A program made the translations under genes and the position numbers. Below are positions 7,007 through 16,944 of a stretch of DNA of 64,000 bases, piece by piece. The notes beneath the pieces are model-generated. The model was not told the DNA's origin, made no database searches, and saw only the letters and a program-made list of their open reading frames with translations. Every line of letters starts with the position of its first letter. Position 1 is the stretch's first letter. The DNA is from Rubripirellula sp. (lineage in GTDB: Bacteria > Planctomycetota > Planctomycetia > Pirellulales > Pirellulaceae): NCBI GenBank assembly GCA_045110715.1, contig JBGCGI010000078.1, positions 369 through 64,368 on the forward strand, in the 5' to 3' direction.

Positions 7007-9637
7007 TCACTGTGGCGGAACGTCGGTCAGTTCGATTTCATCACGAAGTGCCTTCCCTGCTTCTCCAACCAATTTCAGATAGTGATCGCTCGGCAGTCCT
7101 TCGTAGGTCATGAATCGAGCTTGATCGTTGGTCGGCGGCTGGTTGGTGCATTTGAAAATCGCCGTGCCCTCGTCGACTTCATCAAACATTGCGACGTAGA
7201 TCATTTTGCAGCCAGCTTGTTTGGCGCCAACGATTTGTGACCACAGGAATTGGCCCTTCAGTCGAGGGATCGCATTCAGCTGGCCACCATGCAAATGGTG
7301 CCAACTGAAGCCAGGGAACACGACAGGCAAGAAGTCGACCTGGTGCGATTCGGACCACTCACGGTCTTTCGACCACACGTCAGCCGCGTGTCGTTGGGCT
7401 TCTTCGGGCGTACGATAGCGACCCACCGACCAGGGACTGACAATGTCAGCAGCCTGAATGATCTCGTGCAACTTCACGTCGTCTGCGGCGTCGCGTTTGA
7501 GCTCACGCCAAAAGGACGGTACGCCAAGCATGACCGTGCAGCCCTGCGATTTGAACCACTCGACGAGTTTCGCGCACTCATCAAGTGAGTATTTGCGACC
7601 ATCCTTAAAACCGATGCCCCAAACTGCAACCACGGGGCGTCCCTCGTGGTGAAGGTAGGGCTCATCGTTCGTGATTTGCTGTTCGGATTGAAGTGCAAGC
7701 CAGTCGCGTTGAACGTTTGCGACTTGTCCAGCTTTGAGCCCCGAAAGATCGTACATCACCGCCATCGTGCGGCCCGATTGCTTGGCGCCAGCTCGCGCAT
7801 GCGACAGAACAAGGTTCTGATGCTGGCGAGCTCCTGGAGATTGATGCGCCGCGATGAACCGCTGGATGAATGCGCCGTCGATGCCGTAGTCCTGCATCCA
7901 CTTGAAATGCGTTTTGACGGTCCCGCGATCAGCGCTGCTGAAAACCTTGGCGACTTGCCCGTTCGCGAAGCGGAATCCCGTCGAGTAGAGTTCGTCGGGG
8001 GCGTACTCTGAAACTTCGGGCCACAGATCAACCGTTACGTTGCCAGGGGAAAACAGCGATCCGCGTTTCTTCGCCCAGTGTTTCCAACCCAGGTTCGCCC
8101 CGTCGCCTTCGCAGTTGAACCAACCCTGATACCCGCACATGACCTTGCCGGTCAGCGTCGAAGGATCGACTCTTTTGGCGAGGACTGCTGATGACGTGTC
8201 CGAACCCGAGGACGTTGTGCCGCGATCCGCCTTCTTTCTTTGCTTCTTCTTCTTCTCTTTCTCGCCAGTCTTCACGTAGGTCGTGGGCAGTTCGGTAACC
8301 CATTTTTTCAGTGTCGACTTCAAACGTTTCGCAATGGTGGGCTGTGTATCAGCAAGGTTTTCCAGTTCCGACGGGTCGGTCGAAAGATCGTAAAGCTCGA
8401 TTTCAGCATCAGATCGGCGGCCGTTGAGGTGAAGCTTCCACTTCCCTTCTCGCATGGCTGGTGCGCCCCCACTGGAGCTGACCTTCCAAAACAATGGCTT
8501 CTTGCGCAGGCGGTTGGATCCTCGCCAAATGTCGGAAACGTCTTCGCCGTCGAGTTGCTCTGGGAGATCATCGATGCCAGCGATCGAGCACAGGGTCGGC
8601 ATCCAATCAATGAAGGAAACGACACTGTCGAGGTCCACGCGTCCAGCCTTGACGTTGCCTGGCCAGCGAACGATGAACGGAGCGCGAATTCCACCTTCCA
8701 GTTGCTCGTGTTTGCCACCGCGAAACAGACCCGCGTATCCCAGCATATTGTCGGAAAATTCTCTTGATGATTTTTGCTTTCCCAAGAGCACAGGAGCCGG
8801 ACCATGATCGCTCGAGAAGACCACGATTGTGTTGTCTCGTAGTCCAAGATCGTCAATCGCTTTCAAAATGCGATCAACATTCAGATCGATCGAGTGCACG
8901 TCACCGAGGTACTGCCGCATCGAAGTGTTCAGGTTTCCACCGATTTGCAAACAGTCGTCGAACTTTTGCTGCATTGGCGGAGAGAAATCTTCACGATCGA
9001 CATAGACATCTTTGAATGGCTCGGTCAGATTCGCAGGCGTGTCGACCGGAAAGTGAGTGCTGTGTCCCCACACGTTGAGATAAAACGGCTGATCCGCGTT
9101 CGCTTTCATGAAGTCAATCGCAGCGCCCACCAAGTCGTCATCTCGACCAGCAGACTTGTCGCGACTTTTTCCAATCACTCTGACGCGATCGATGCCATAC
9201 GTGCCGTTGACTTCGGTCGAGTCGGGCCCGATATGCCATTTGCCAAAGTGACCGGTGCGGTATCCCCGGCTGTGCAAGAGTTCGGTGATCGTGACCCGAT
9301 CTCCGAAGCCAAAGTCAGCAGCATATTTTGCGAAGCGAGCAGGAAACAGGCCTGTCATCAAGCCAGTGCGGCTGGGGTTGCAGGTGACACCGGTGACGTA
9401 GAACTGTGAAAATCGTGTTCCTTCGGAGGCCAGACGATCGATTGCCGGTGTTCTCGCGTAGGGATGCCCATAGCAACCCAAATCGGCGTAGCCCAAATCA
9501 TCGGCAAGGATCAGTACAACGTTCGGTGGATCGGTCGACTCCGCGCGGACATGAACGCAACAGGCTGCCGTTAGCAGCCAGAGAGTGACAGCCAACGTCT
9601 TGGGATTGCGTAGCTTGGCGAAATATCGAGCGAGCAT
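7007..9637 (-). CDS. Sulfatase fused to a glycoside hydrolase family 71/99-like (xylosidase/arabinosidase-like) domain
   Basis: PNVVLILADDLG, CNPSRTG, GKWHIG in the N-half, then a Lys-rich linker. C-half has LTGKVMCGYQGWF...HFKWMQDYGIDG...YVAMFDEVDEGTAIFK. ATG 9637 was chosen in front of the signal peptide. Confidence 0.88.
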   Translation of the reverse strand: MLARYFAKLRNPKTLAVTLWLLTAACCVHVRAESTDPPNVVLILADDLGYADLGCYGHPYARTPAIDRLASEGTRFSQFYVTGVTCNPSRTGLMTGLFPARFAKYAADFGFGDRVTITELLHSRGYRTGHFGKWHIGPDSTEVNGTYGIDRVRVIGKSRDKSAGRDDDLVGAAIDFMKANADQPFYLNVWGHSTHFPVDTPANLTEPFKDVYVDREDFSPPMQQKFDDCLQIGGNLNTSMRQYLGDVHSIDLNVDRILKAIDDLGLRDNTIVVFSSDHGPAPVLLGKQKSSREFSDNMLGYAGLFRGGKHEQLEGGIRAPFIVRWPGNVKAGRVDLDSVVSFIDWMPTLCSIAGIDDLPEQLDGEDVSDIWRGSNRLRKKPLFWKVSSSGGAPAMREGKWKLHLNGRRSDAEIELYDLSTDPSELENLADTQPTIAKRLKSTLKKWVTELPTTYVKTGEKEKKKKQRKKADRGTTSSGSDTSSAVLAKRVDPSTLTGKVMCGYQGWFNCEGDGANLGWKHWAKKRGSLFSPGNVTVDLWPEVSEYAPDELYSTGFRFANGQVAKVFSSADRGTVKTHFKWMQDYGIDGAFIQRFIAAHQSPGARQHQNLVLSHARAGAKQSGRTMAVMYDLSGLKAGQVANVQRDWLALQSEQQITNDEPYLHHEGRPVVAVWGIGFKDGRKYSLDECAKLVEWFKSQGCTVMLGVPSFWRELKRDAADDVKLHEIIQAADIVSPWSVGRYRTPEEAQRHAADVWSKDREWSESHQVDFLPVVFPGFSWHHLHGGQLNAIPRLKGQFLWSQIVGAKQAGCKMIYVAMFDEVDEGTAIFKCTNQPPTNDQARFMTYEGLPSDHYLKLVGEAGKALRDEIELTDVPPQ

Positions 9638-9893
9638 GAAACGGTCTTCGAGTTCGGGTGGGTGGTGCGAGCAGGCGTCAATGATAGTCCATCGCCCATG
9701 AACGAAGCGATAACGCAGGTTCGAATGAACGAAGGACTTGAATGGCCACCAAAGGTCTCGGTCACGTTTCCCTGATTCCCGTCGCCTAGAGTTTGTTTTT
9801 GGAAATTTCACCACTCTTGAAGCGTTGTTTCAGAATCCAAGTGCCGATCGGCGTCGTCCGTGGGGCACGGCTGAACTTTGCCAAATTGTTGCG

Positions 9894-10064
9894 GGTGGTG
9901 ATCTGATCGGTGGTGGGCGCGGCAGCGACTATCTAGACGGGGGTGATGATGAGGACCAACTTTTCTCCCACGAAACGGGCGGCGGAGAACCATGGTTTGT
10001 GAGCCGCGTTGAAACGGAGGACGATGGCGCAGACGATATTCTGTTGGGACGAAGCGGAACGGAC
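9894..10064 (+). pseudogene. Orphan fragment of hemolysin-type (RTX) Ca-binding repeats
   Basis: One frame reads GGDLIGGGRGSDYLDGGDDEDQLF...GADDILLGRSGTD, i.e. GGxGxDxL-type nonapeptides, with no credible full gene around it. Confidence 0.5.
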
Positions 10065-10425
10065 GGGTCATCAATCAGTTGGACCAGTTGGTCGCTACTC
10101 CAGACCAAGAACAGGTGCCGGGAGACCTTGATGATGACGAACTCGGAGCTTGGCGATCTGCGGGACGCACGGGTTTCTAATCGCCGACAAGGGGCCACTC
10201 AACACGTGTCTCGAGCGCGAAAGGGAGGGGCGTTCGATGCCTTGGTGGATGGTGCGGTGCCCGTTTATGGCCTGCCCGAGCGAGGTCACACGGGAGAATC
10301 GTTAGCTGCGTTTGATCGGATTGTCGGCAGATTCGGCGGATCTGTCCTCGTTGCGTGAATCGTCGTCAGATGCGTGGTATACTGGAGTTTCTGATCCTCC
10401 TCATCCCAAGTGCGTTTGATCGCTG

Positions 10426-12630
10426 ATGCCTGCTGCGGAATCTTACGACTTTCTCACCGAACCATCGCAGCCCAGCGACCTTGGCACTTTGGGTCATTAT
10501 CGAGTGATCGACGAGCTGGGCAAAGGCGGGATGGGGTTCGTCTTTCGCGCCGAAGACATCAAGTTGAAGCGTTCGGTTGCCCTGAAGGTGATGAACCAGA
10601 AGATCGCGGCAACTCCTAACAGCCGACGCCGCTTCATTCATGAGGCACGAGCGATGGCCGCCGTCCATCACGACAACGTGGCCACGATCTTTGAAGTTGG
10701 TGAGAGCAACAACACGCCGTTCATGGCGATGGAAATGCTCAAGGGATCAACGCTTGAGAGTTTCAACAAGAGCAAGACGCAAGTTGGCTTTGAGCAGGTC
10801 ATCGATTACGCGCGACAAATCTCGCATGGTCTTGCCGCCGCCCATGCTCAAGGAATCGTGCACCGCGACATCAAGCCAGCGAACATTTGGTTAGAAGAGG
10901 GGAACAACCGGATCAAGATTTTGGACTTCGGTTTGGCGCTCGCTTCGACGCCGGTCGATCACTTGGCGGGGCGCGGGGCAGTGATTGGAACGCCTGGTTA
11001 CCTTTCGCCGGAGCAGGCTCGATCAGAACCGCTCGATGACCGCAGTGACCTCTACAGTTTGGGCGTCGTGCTGTATGAGCTGTGCACTTGCAAACTGCCA
11101 ATTTTGTCAAAGTCGGTCCCAGGTCAATTGATCTCGATCCTGGCACATCGCCCGACTCCCATCAACGATCTGAATCCTGAGATCCCACAACCGCTGTGCG
11201 ATTTGATTCATCGTTTGTTGAGGAAAGAACCTCGCACCCGTCCTAAGTCGGCGGCGTTCTTGGTGGAGGAATTGGATCGTGTGGAGGAAGAGTGTCACGC
11301 CAAGAGCGAAGTCGCCCAAGCGATCAATAAGTTGCAAGCCGGATTGAGCGAAGTCGTCAGCAAGGGTGCCGAAGACGCGTTCTTTGACACGGTGGAGGAA
11401 ATTCACGAGCCAATGCCGGATCCGCTGGCCGCGATTCCGGCGCCTGTTACGATGACTCCGCCAGCCAGACCCGTCTCTGCCAATCGCAAAGCACCCGCAA
11501 AGCCGGAGAGCAATCTACCTGCCTATTGGCCGTTGGCAGCAGTCGGCGCGTTCGTGCTGGTTGCTCTTCCGGTGCTGACCTACATGTTTGGTGGTGCGGG
11601 ACGAAGTGACGTCGCGTATGTGATCCCGCAGGACCCCAACGCCAACGTGAATGCTCAGGTCAATTCAAATGGCCAGAACGCAAATGGCCAGAACAAGTCT
11701 CAGTCCCAGAATCAAAACAAGCAACGAAACAATCACTGGCAGAACCGACAAGGAAAAAAGAACGGGCAGAATAACCAGGGAAACAAGAACTGGCAGAATA
11801 AGAACGAACCGTCCGGCAACAATCAGCAGCCAGAGAACGGTGGTGCACCGGTCCTGAACGACGTTGCGGAATCAGACGATCCGCCGATGGTTGATCAAGT
11901 TTCCGACGCTGATCCGACTGAGATGGCGTCAGTGAACAAGCCACCCATTGAAGCACCCGCGATGAGCGACCCTGTCGTTCCAGAGTCCTTTCCGAATTCG
12001 GAGCCGCCTGAGCTTGAGTTGCAATGGACGACCGTGTCGGTTGCCGACGGGCGTGGTGCTGACGCCCATGTGCAGCGGGGAGTGAGTAGCAAGCACGGAA
12101 CCAAACCGAGCGTTGCGATAGGGTCTCGCAAGGGCAAGGAAACGCATCACATCTATTTGCGTTTCGATTTGGCGGAGGTTGAGGACGTTCGTCGCCATGT
12201 CGCGGCTGCCGAATTGATTCTGACTTTTTTGAATGTGAGTGATCTCGATTGCATGGTTCGAGTTTACGGGATCGCGGATGTTGGGCCTTGGCCAGAGAAC
12301 GAGCTGGAATGGAAGAACTCGTACTCTCGCGAGAGCCTTGATAAATTCCCCCTGCTGGTTGAGCAGGTCTTTGGGAATTCCGATATCGAGGAAATCGACG
12401 AGCGCAAGGCGATCCGACTTTCTTCTCCAGAGCTCGCCCAGTTCGTCAAGAATTCCTCGTCCGACACGCTCACATTCGTGTTGACGGGAGATACCAAGAC
12501 CGATGATACGTTGCGATTTGTCAGTCGTGAGAACTCGAAAGCTGATAGGCCGGTCAAGCTTCGTCTGGAGGTTCCCGTGAATCCTCCGGTCGATGAGAAG
12601 AACAAGAACCGAAACAACAAGCGACGATAG
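10426..12630 (+). CDS. Membrane Ser/Thr protein kinase (Hanks type) with Asn/Gln-rich linker and C-terminal DNRLRE-like domain
   Basis: LGKGGMGFVF, VALKVM, HRDIKPANI, DFGLA, GTPGYLSPE. One TM helix (WPLAAVGAFVLVALPVLTYMF). C-terminal ADAHVQRG...HIYLRFDL. Confidence 0.92.
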   Translation: MPAAESYDFLTEPSQPSDLGTLGHYRVIDELGKGGMGFVFRAEDIKLKRSVALKVMNQKIAATPNSRRRFIHEARAMAAVHHDNVATIFEVGESNNTPFMAMEMLKGSTLESFNKSKTQVGFEQVIDYARQISHGLAAAHAQGIVHRDIKPANIWLEEGNNRIKILDFGLALASTPVDHLAGRGAVIGTPGYLSPEQARSEPLDDRSDLYSLGVVLYELCTCKLPILSKSVPGQLISILAHRPTPINDLNPEIPQPLCDLIHRLLRKEPRTRPKSAAFLVEELDRVEEECHAKSEVAQAINKLQAGLSEVVSKGAEDAFFDTVEEIHEPMPDPLAAIPAPVTMTPPARPVSANRKAPAKPESNLPAYWPLAAVGAFVLVALPVLTYMFGGAGRSDVAYVIPQDPNANVNAQVNSNGQNANGQNKSQSQNQNKQRNNHWQNRQGKKNGQNNQGNKNWQNKNEPSGNNQQPENGGAPVLNDVAESDDPPMVDQVSDADPTEMASVNKPPIEAPAMSDPVVPESFPNSEPPELELQWTTVSVADGRGADAHVQRGVSSKHGTKPSVAIGSRKGKETHHIYLRFDLAEVEDVRRHVAAAELILTFLNVSDLDCMVRVYGIADVGPWPENELEWKNSYSRESLDKFPLLVEQVFGNSDIEEIDERKAIRLSSPELAQFVKNSSSDTLTFVLTGDTKTDDTLRFVSRENSKADRPVKLRLEVPVNPPVDEKNKNRNNKRR

Positions 12631-12825
12631 TTTCACAGATAATCGGACTCATTTTCTAAGGGTCCCGCCGTCCATTCGTTCTTATCTTTGCAGGGACGAG
12701 CACAGGGCACCCGGGCTTTGGCCGATTGGCAGAGACGGGCGTTCATGTCGGCTCAAACGCCCATCATTGTGCTTTTTTGAAGATGTGATGCTGTGTAGTT
12801 GGTTTTCTGTTGGAAGCGGCCAATC

Positions 12826-13347
12826 ATGACCAATAGCGACTCCAATCCTAGCTCGGACGAGGTCTGGCTGAGTCTCGTCTTTGGCGAGCATCAGCGGCCG
12901 CTGATGGGATACGCGACCCATCTGATGGGTGATGCGGAGCGGGCAAGTGATGTGGTCCAGGACACCTTCGTTCGGCTCTGTAAGCAGCCTCGTGAGAACG
13001 TGGAAGACCGGGTTCGTCAGTGGTTGTTTGCGGTCTGTCGCAATCGCGCGATGGATATCCTCAAAAAGGAGAACCGAATGAAGACCCTTGAGAATGCTGG
13101 CGCGAGCCAGGCCAGTCGTGATGGTGACCCGCAGCAATTGATCGAGAAGCATGATTCAGCGAGGCAGGCGGAATCATTGATTGGTGAACTCCCGCCAAGA
13201 CAGCAGGAAGTGATCCGTTTGAAAGTAGAGAGCGATCTGAGCTATCGCGAAATCAGTGAGTTGACTGGCCTGAGTATCAGTAACGTCGGATTCTTACTGC
13301 ACACCGGTTTGAAATCCATTCGAACTCGATTGGCAACAATCGAATGA
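12826..13347 (+). CDS. ECF-type RNA polymerase sigma factor
   Basis: ASDVVQDTFVRL, WLFAVCRNRAMD, LPPRQQEVIRL...SYREISELTGLSISNVGFLLH. Confidence 0.93.
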   Translation: MTNSDSNPSSDEVWLSLVFGEHQRPLMGYATHLMGDAERASDVVQDTFVRLCKQPRENVEDRVRQWLFAVCRNRAMDILKKENRMKTLENAGASQASRDGDPQQLIEKHDSARQAESLIGELPPRQQEVIRLKVESDLSYREISELTGLSISNVGFLLHTGLKSIRTRLATIE

Positions 13348-13391
13348 ATCAACCATTCAAGAAGAGTAACGGTACCGAAAGGTCGATCGAG

Positions 13392-15947
13392 ATGAGTCAC
13401 GAACAAGTAGACACGCGAATCACCGCCTATATTTTTGGCGAGCTGTCTCGTGATCAGAAAGCAGTCTTCGAGCAGGAACTGGAGAAGTCACCGAGTCTGC
13501 AAGCGGAGGTCGCTGCGATGCGCGAAGCGGTCAGCGCGATTGAGACAGACTTTCAGACGCAGAGCGTCGAGATCGGAGATGTGCAGCGGAGTGTTGTGGA
13601 AAAGGCAATTGCGGATGCGGTTCCACCGCCAGTCGAGCCAAGTGTTTCTGAGTCTTATATCAATCAAGAGCCAGGCGGTTTTTCGCGGCGGCGTCTGGCG
13701 ACCGCAGCAGCCCTGGCTGCTTGCTTGCTAATTGTCGTTGGATTGTCATTCCCCTTCCTCGGCGGGCAATCGGTTTCAATGGAGAACCCCGATTCCGATC
13801 CTCCAGGGAGCACCGGTTTGGAGAAGCGGGCGTTGCAAATTAAGGCAGACCGAGAGAAGGTCGCTGCGATGCTTGGCTCGTTCAATGAAATGATATTGAA
13901 TGAGCAATATGACGATGCAGAAGAGTATGCCTTTCACATTGCGAAGCTGCATCCGGAGGATCCGGTGAGTGAGTTGATGGTGCGATCAAGCCAGATGGCA
14001 CTCCAGTTGAGAGCCGTTACGAATTCATCATCGAGCGACAATACGAGTAGCACCCCGGTACAAGGGGAAGTCGTGATGCAAGGCACGACTGGTGTAGATT
14101 CGGTCAAGGAAGTGCTTGGGGATTCCGATGCGGTTCAGCCGCCAGGCTTGTCGCAAGCTGAAGTGGGAATGCGGGGCACAGGCGATTCAAACGCGACACA
14201 GGCTGCTCGGCAGTTCGATCCTGAGCTGGGTTTTGGATACAAACCACCCGAGGATTTGTTGGACGATGCGGCGGCGCTTGCAGGGCCATTGCCTGCGAAA
14301 GAAGAGATGGGGCGAGGCAATGGCGGCTTGGCGGCGGAGCCCAGGCCGATGACCTTAGACGATTACGTGGATGCGGATCAAGACATCGATGGCACGATTT
14401 GGCGTGGAAAAACGCAGGGAAAACAGCCGCAAGATGGTGGAATGATGGGCATGCAAGGGACCGACGGCATGGACATGATGGTGGGAGGTGGAATGTGGGG
14501 CGGCGGGATGGCTGAGGGAATCGTTGTGGGGGATCGATTCGCTCCGATGCAGGACAATGAGTTTGCCAAGGTCAGCGACGCGCCGCTGTCTACTTTTTCC
14601 ATCGATGTGGATACAGCGTCGTATGCGAAGGTCCGCTCGATGCTGAATCGGAAGGCGTTGCCTGCGCCGGATTCGGTTCGGATCGAAGAGCTGTTGAACT
14701 ACTTTGATTATGGTTATGCGCAGCCAGCGGAAGACAGCGAACATCCGTTTGCTGCCACGATGCAGATCGCGACTTGCCCGTGGGCACCGACGCATCGTTT
14801 GGCCCGCATCGGAATCAAAGGGCGGACGATTGAAGGAGCTCGCCCATCAAGCAACTTGGTGTTCTTGCTGGACGTCTCGGGGTCGATGGACGAACCCGAC
14901 AGACTTCCGTTGGTGATTGATGGCATGAAGATGCTGACCAGTCAACTGACCGAGAACGATCGGGTTGCCATCGTCGTCTATGCGGGGGCTGCAGGGACGG
15001 TCTTGGACTCGACCCGTGGAGATCAGAAACGAGCGATTTTGAAGGCACTTGATCGCTTGAAAGCGGGAGGCAGCACGAACGGCGGACAGGGGATCCAAAG
15101 TGCTTACGATATCGCTCGTGACAACTTTGTGGTGGGCGGAACCAACCGCGTGATTCTGTGTAGCGATGGTGACTTCAATGTTGGCGTGACAGGGACCGAC
15201 GCGCTCGTGGAGTTGGCACAGGAAAACGCCAAGTCGAACGTTTTTCTTTCTGTCTTGGGCTTCGGAATCGGCAATCACAACGACGCGATGATGGAGCAGA
15301 TTTCCAATCACGGGAATGGCAACTACGCATTCATCGACAACCGTGCAGAGGCCAAGAAGGTGCTGGTGGATGAGCTTGGCGGGACGCTAGTCACGATAGC
15401 CAAGGACGTTAAGATCCAAATCGAGTTCAATCCTCGCGAAGTCGCTTCCTATCGATTGATCGGCTACGAGAATCGAGTGATGGCGGCGAAGGACTTCAAC
15501 GACGATCGGAAAGACGCCGGCGAGATTGGGGCTGGGCATACAGTGACGGCTCTGTATGAGATCGTGCCAACCGCCAAAGCCGATGGCCAACCCGTCGTTG
15601 ACGATTTACGATACCAACGGCGGATCAAGTTCAGCGAACTAGCTGACAGCGGCGAACTGCTGACTTTGAAACTCCGTTACAAACAACCCGAAGGGCAGAA
15701 AAGTCGGCTCATCGACTTTCCCGTCAAAGACGCAGGGCTGGAATTTTCCGAAGCGGACCGAGATTTTAAGTTTGCCGCCGCGGTTGCAGCTTTTGGAATG
15801 GTGCTTCGAGACTCACCGCACAAAGGCTTGGCAACCATGGCTGGCATTGCCAAGCTGGCTCGCGACGGAGCACGGGGTGACATGACGGGGCGCCGAATCG
15901 AGTTCGTCGAACTTGTATCGCAGACGCGGCAGTTGCGCGGTGGCTAA
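13392..15947 (+). CDS. YfbK-like von Willebrand factor A domain protein with N-terminal anti-sigma-like segment and TM helix
   Basis: ITAYIFGELS (anti-sigma-like), a TM helix, PLSTFSIDVDTASY, LVFLLDVSGSM (MIDAS), SDGDFNVG, DAGEIGAGHTVTALYEI. The frame opens at 13344, overlapping the sigma stop; ATG 13392 is preferred. Confidence 0.9.
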   Translation: MSHEQVDTRITAYIFGELSRDQKAVFEQELEKSPSLQAEVAAMREAVSAIETDFQTQSVEIGDVQRSVVEKAIADAVPPPVEPSVSESYINQEPGGFSRRRLATAAALAACLLIVVGLSFPFLGGQSVSMENPDSDPPGSTGLEKRALQIKADREKVAAMLGSFNEMILNEQYDDAEEYAFHIAKLHPEDPVSELMVRSSQMALQLRAVTNSSSSDNTSSTPVQGEVVMQGTTGVDSVKEVLGDSDAVQPPGLSQAEVGMRGTGDSNATQAARQFDPELGFGYKPPEDLLDDAAALAGPLPAKEEMGRGNGGLAAEPRPMTLDDYVDADQDIDGTIWRGKTQGKQPQDGGMMGMQGTDGMDMMVGGGMWGGGMAEGIVVGDRFAPMQDNEFAKVSDAPLSTFSIDVDTASYAKVRSMLNRKALPAPDSVRIEELLNYFDYGYAQPAEDSEHPFAATMQIATCPWAPTHRLARIGIKGRTIEGARPSSNLVFLLDVSGSMDEPDRLPLVIDGMKMLTSQLTENDRVAIVVYAGAAGTVLDSTRGDQKRAILKALDRLKAGGSTNGGQGIQSAYDIARDNFVVGGTNRVILCSDGDFNVGVTGTDALVELAQENAKSNVFLSVLGFGIGNHNDAMMEQISNHGNGNYAFIDNRAEAKKVLVDELGGTLVTIAKDVKIQIEFNPREVASYRLIGYENRVMAAKDFNDDRKDAGEIGAGHTVTALYEIVPTAKADGQPVVDDLRYQRRIKFSELADSGELLTLKLRYKQPEGQKSRLIDFPVKDAGLEFSEADRDFKFAAAVAAFGMVLRDSPHKGLATMAGIAKLARDGARGDMTGRRIEFVELVSQTRQLRGG

Positions 15948-15959
15948 GTTCTGCTGGTC

Positions 15960-16829
15960 TCAGACCAACTTGCAATGCTGCAGGATTTCATCTGCGGAGG
16001 CTTTGTAGCCGACGTAGAAAGGTCCGAACTCGGCGTACTTGGCGCTCGCTTCATCGAATCGCATTTTGTAGACGATTTCTTTCAGGTACTCCGGGTTGCG
16101 ACCCCACAGGGTCACCATCCATTCCCAGTCGTCGAGTCCAACGCCAACCGAAATCAACTGGCTGACTTTACCGGCGAAAGCCATGCCGCTCTGTGCGTGC
16201 TCAGCCATTAACGAGTTACGACGGCTGAATGACTCCGTGAACCAGTTAGCACCCACCACTCGGCTTTTGTTCATCGGATAGAAACAAGCCGATGGCCAAT
16301 CAGGAAAGTCTGGGCGGAGACGCTGCTCGTTCATCATCGGCAATCTGCGTTCGTAGGCAGAAACCTTGGCCGCCAATTCGGGTGAGTCGGGGACTGCACC
16401 GTCTGCGATCAGACGATCCCGATAGCGCTCGAGTGTTGGCACGTACTCACTGACCTCACTCATCGAAACGAACGACCAAGCCGGTTCAATGTACTGCCCG
16501 ATGCCAGGTGCCAAGATGCTTTGGTGCACGCCGTCCACTTTGGCTGGATCGGGATCCATGACCATGATGCCGAAGTCAGCGCGATGTCCGCTGGTCCAGT
16601 AAGCGGCCAGACGCGCTGGTGCTGCCTCGGGTTCCAAAGCATTTCGGAACTGTTGTTGTGCTTCGCCAGACAGCTTGGACGGCATTGCCTCCCGCCGAAA
16701 CCGGTAAAAGTGGTGGCCGCAGTGCCAGCCCTCGGTAGGAATGACGGATGGTTCGGGCAGTGGTTGCCCACGCCCAGGGCGACCGGAGGCAGGGGGTCCA
16801 GGACGCTGAGATTCAGAATTGCTCATCAA
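15960..16829 (-). CDS. chdC: Coproheme decarboxylase (chlorite dismutase-like family)
   Basis: FYPMNK (catalytic Tyr/Lys), NWF, proximal His in LMAEHAQSG, distal Gln in VSQLIS, GLDDWEW, MRFDEASAKYAEFGPFYVG. Confidence 0.88.
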   Translation of the reverse strand: MMSNSESQRPGPPASGRPGRGQPLPEPSVIPTEGWHCGHHFYRFRREAMPSKLSGEAQQQFRNALEPEAAPARLAAYWTSGHRADFGIMVMDPDPAKVDGVHQSILAPGIGQYIEPAWSFVSMSEVSEYVPTLERYRDRLIADGAVPDSPELAAKVSAYERRLPMMNEQRLRPDFPDWPSACFYPMNKSRVVGANWFTESFSRRNSLMAEHAQSGMAFAGKVSQLISVGVGLDDWEWMVTLWGRNPEYLKEIVYKMRFDEASAKYAEFGPFYVGYKASADEILQHCKLV

Positions 16830-16944
16830 AGTGGTCGTTCAATGCGAAGTGAAAGCAGGACAGCGGAAAATCTGTCGTGTTAGGAAGTCGGTCAGGACCG
16901 GTATCCTAACGCGGCATCGCTACTTTCACAAAGAAGCCCACGGG

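Noticed and set aside
9738-10358. 206-aa ORF as a real gene
   Set aside because: Only the central RTX-like part looks like protein. The remainder has no recognisable features, so it is reported as a fragment.
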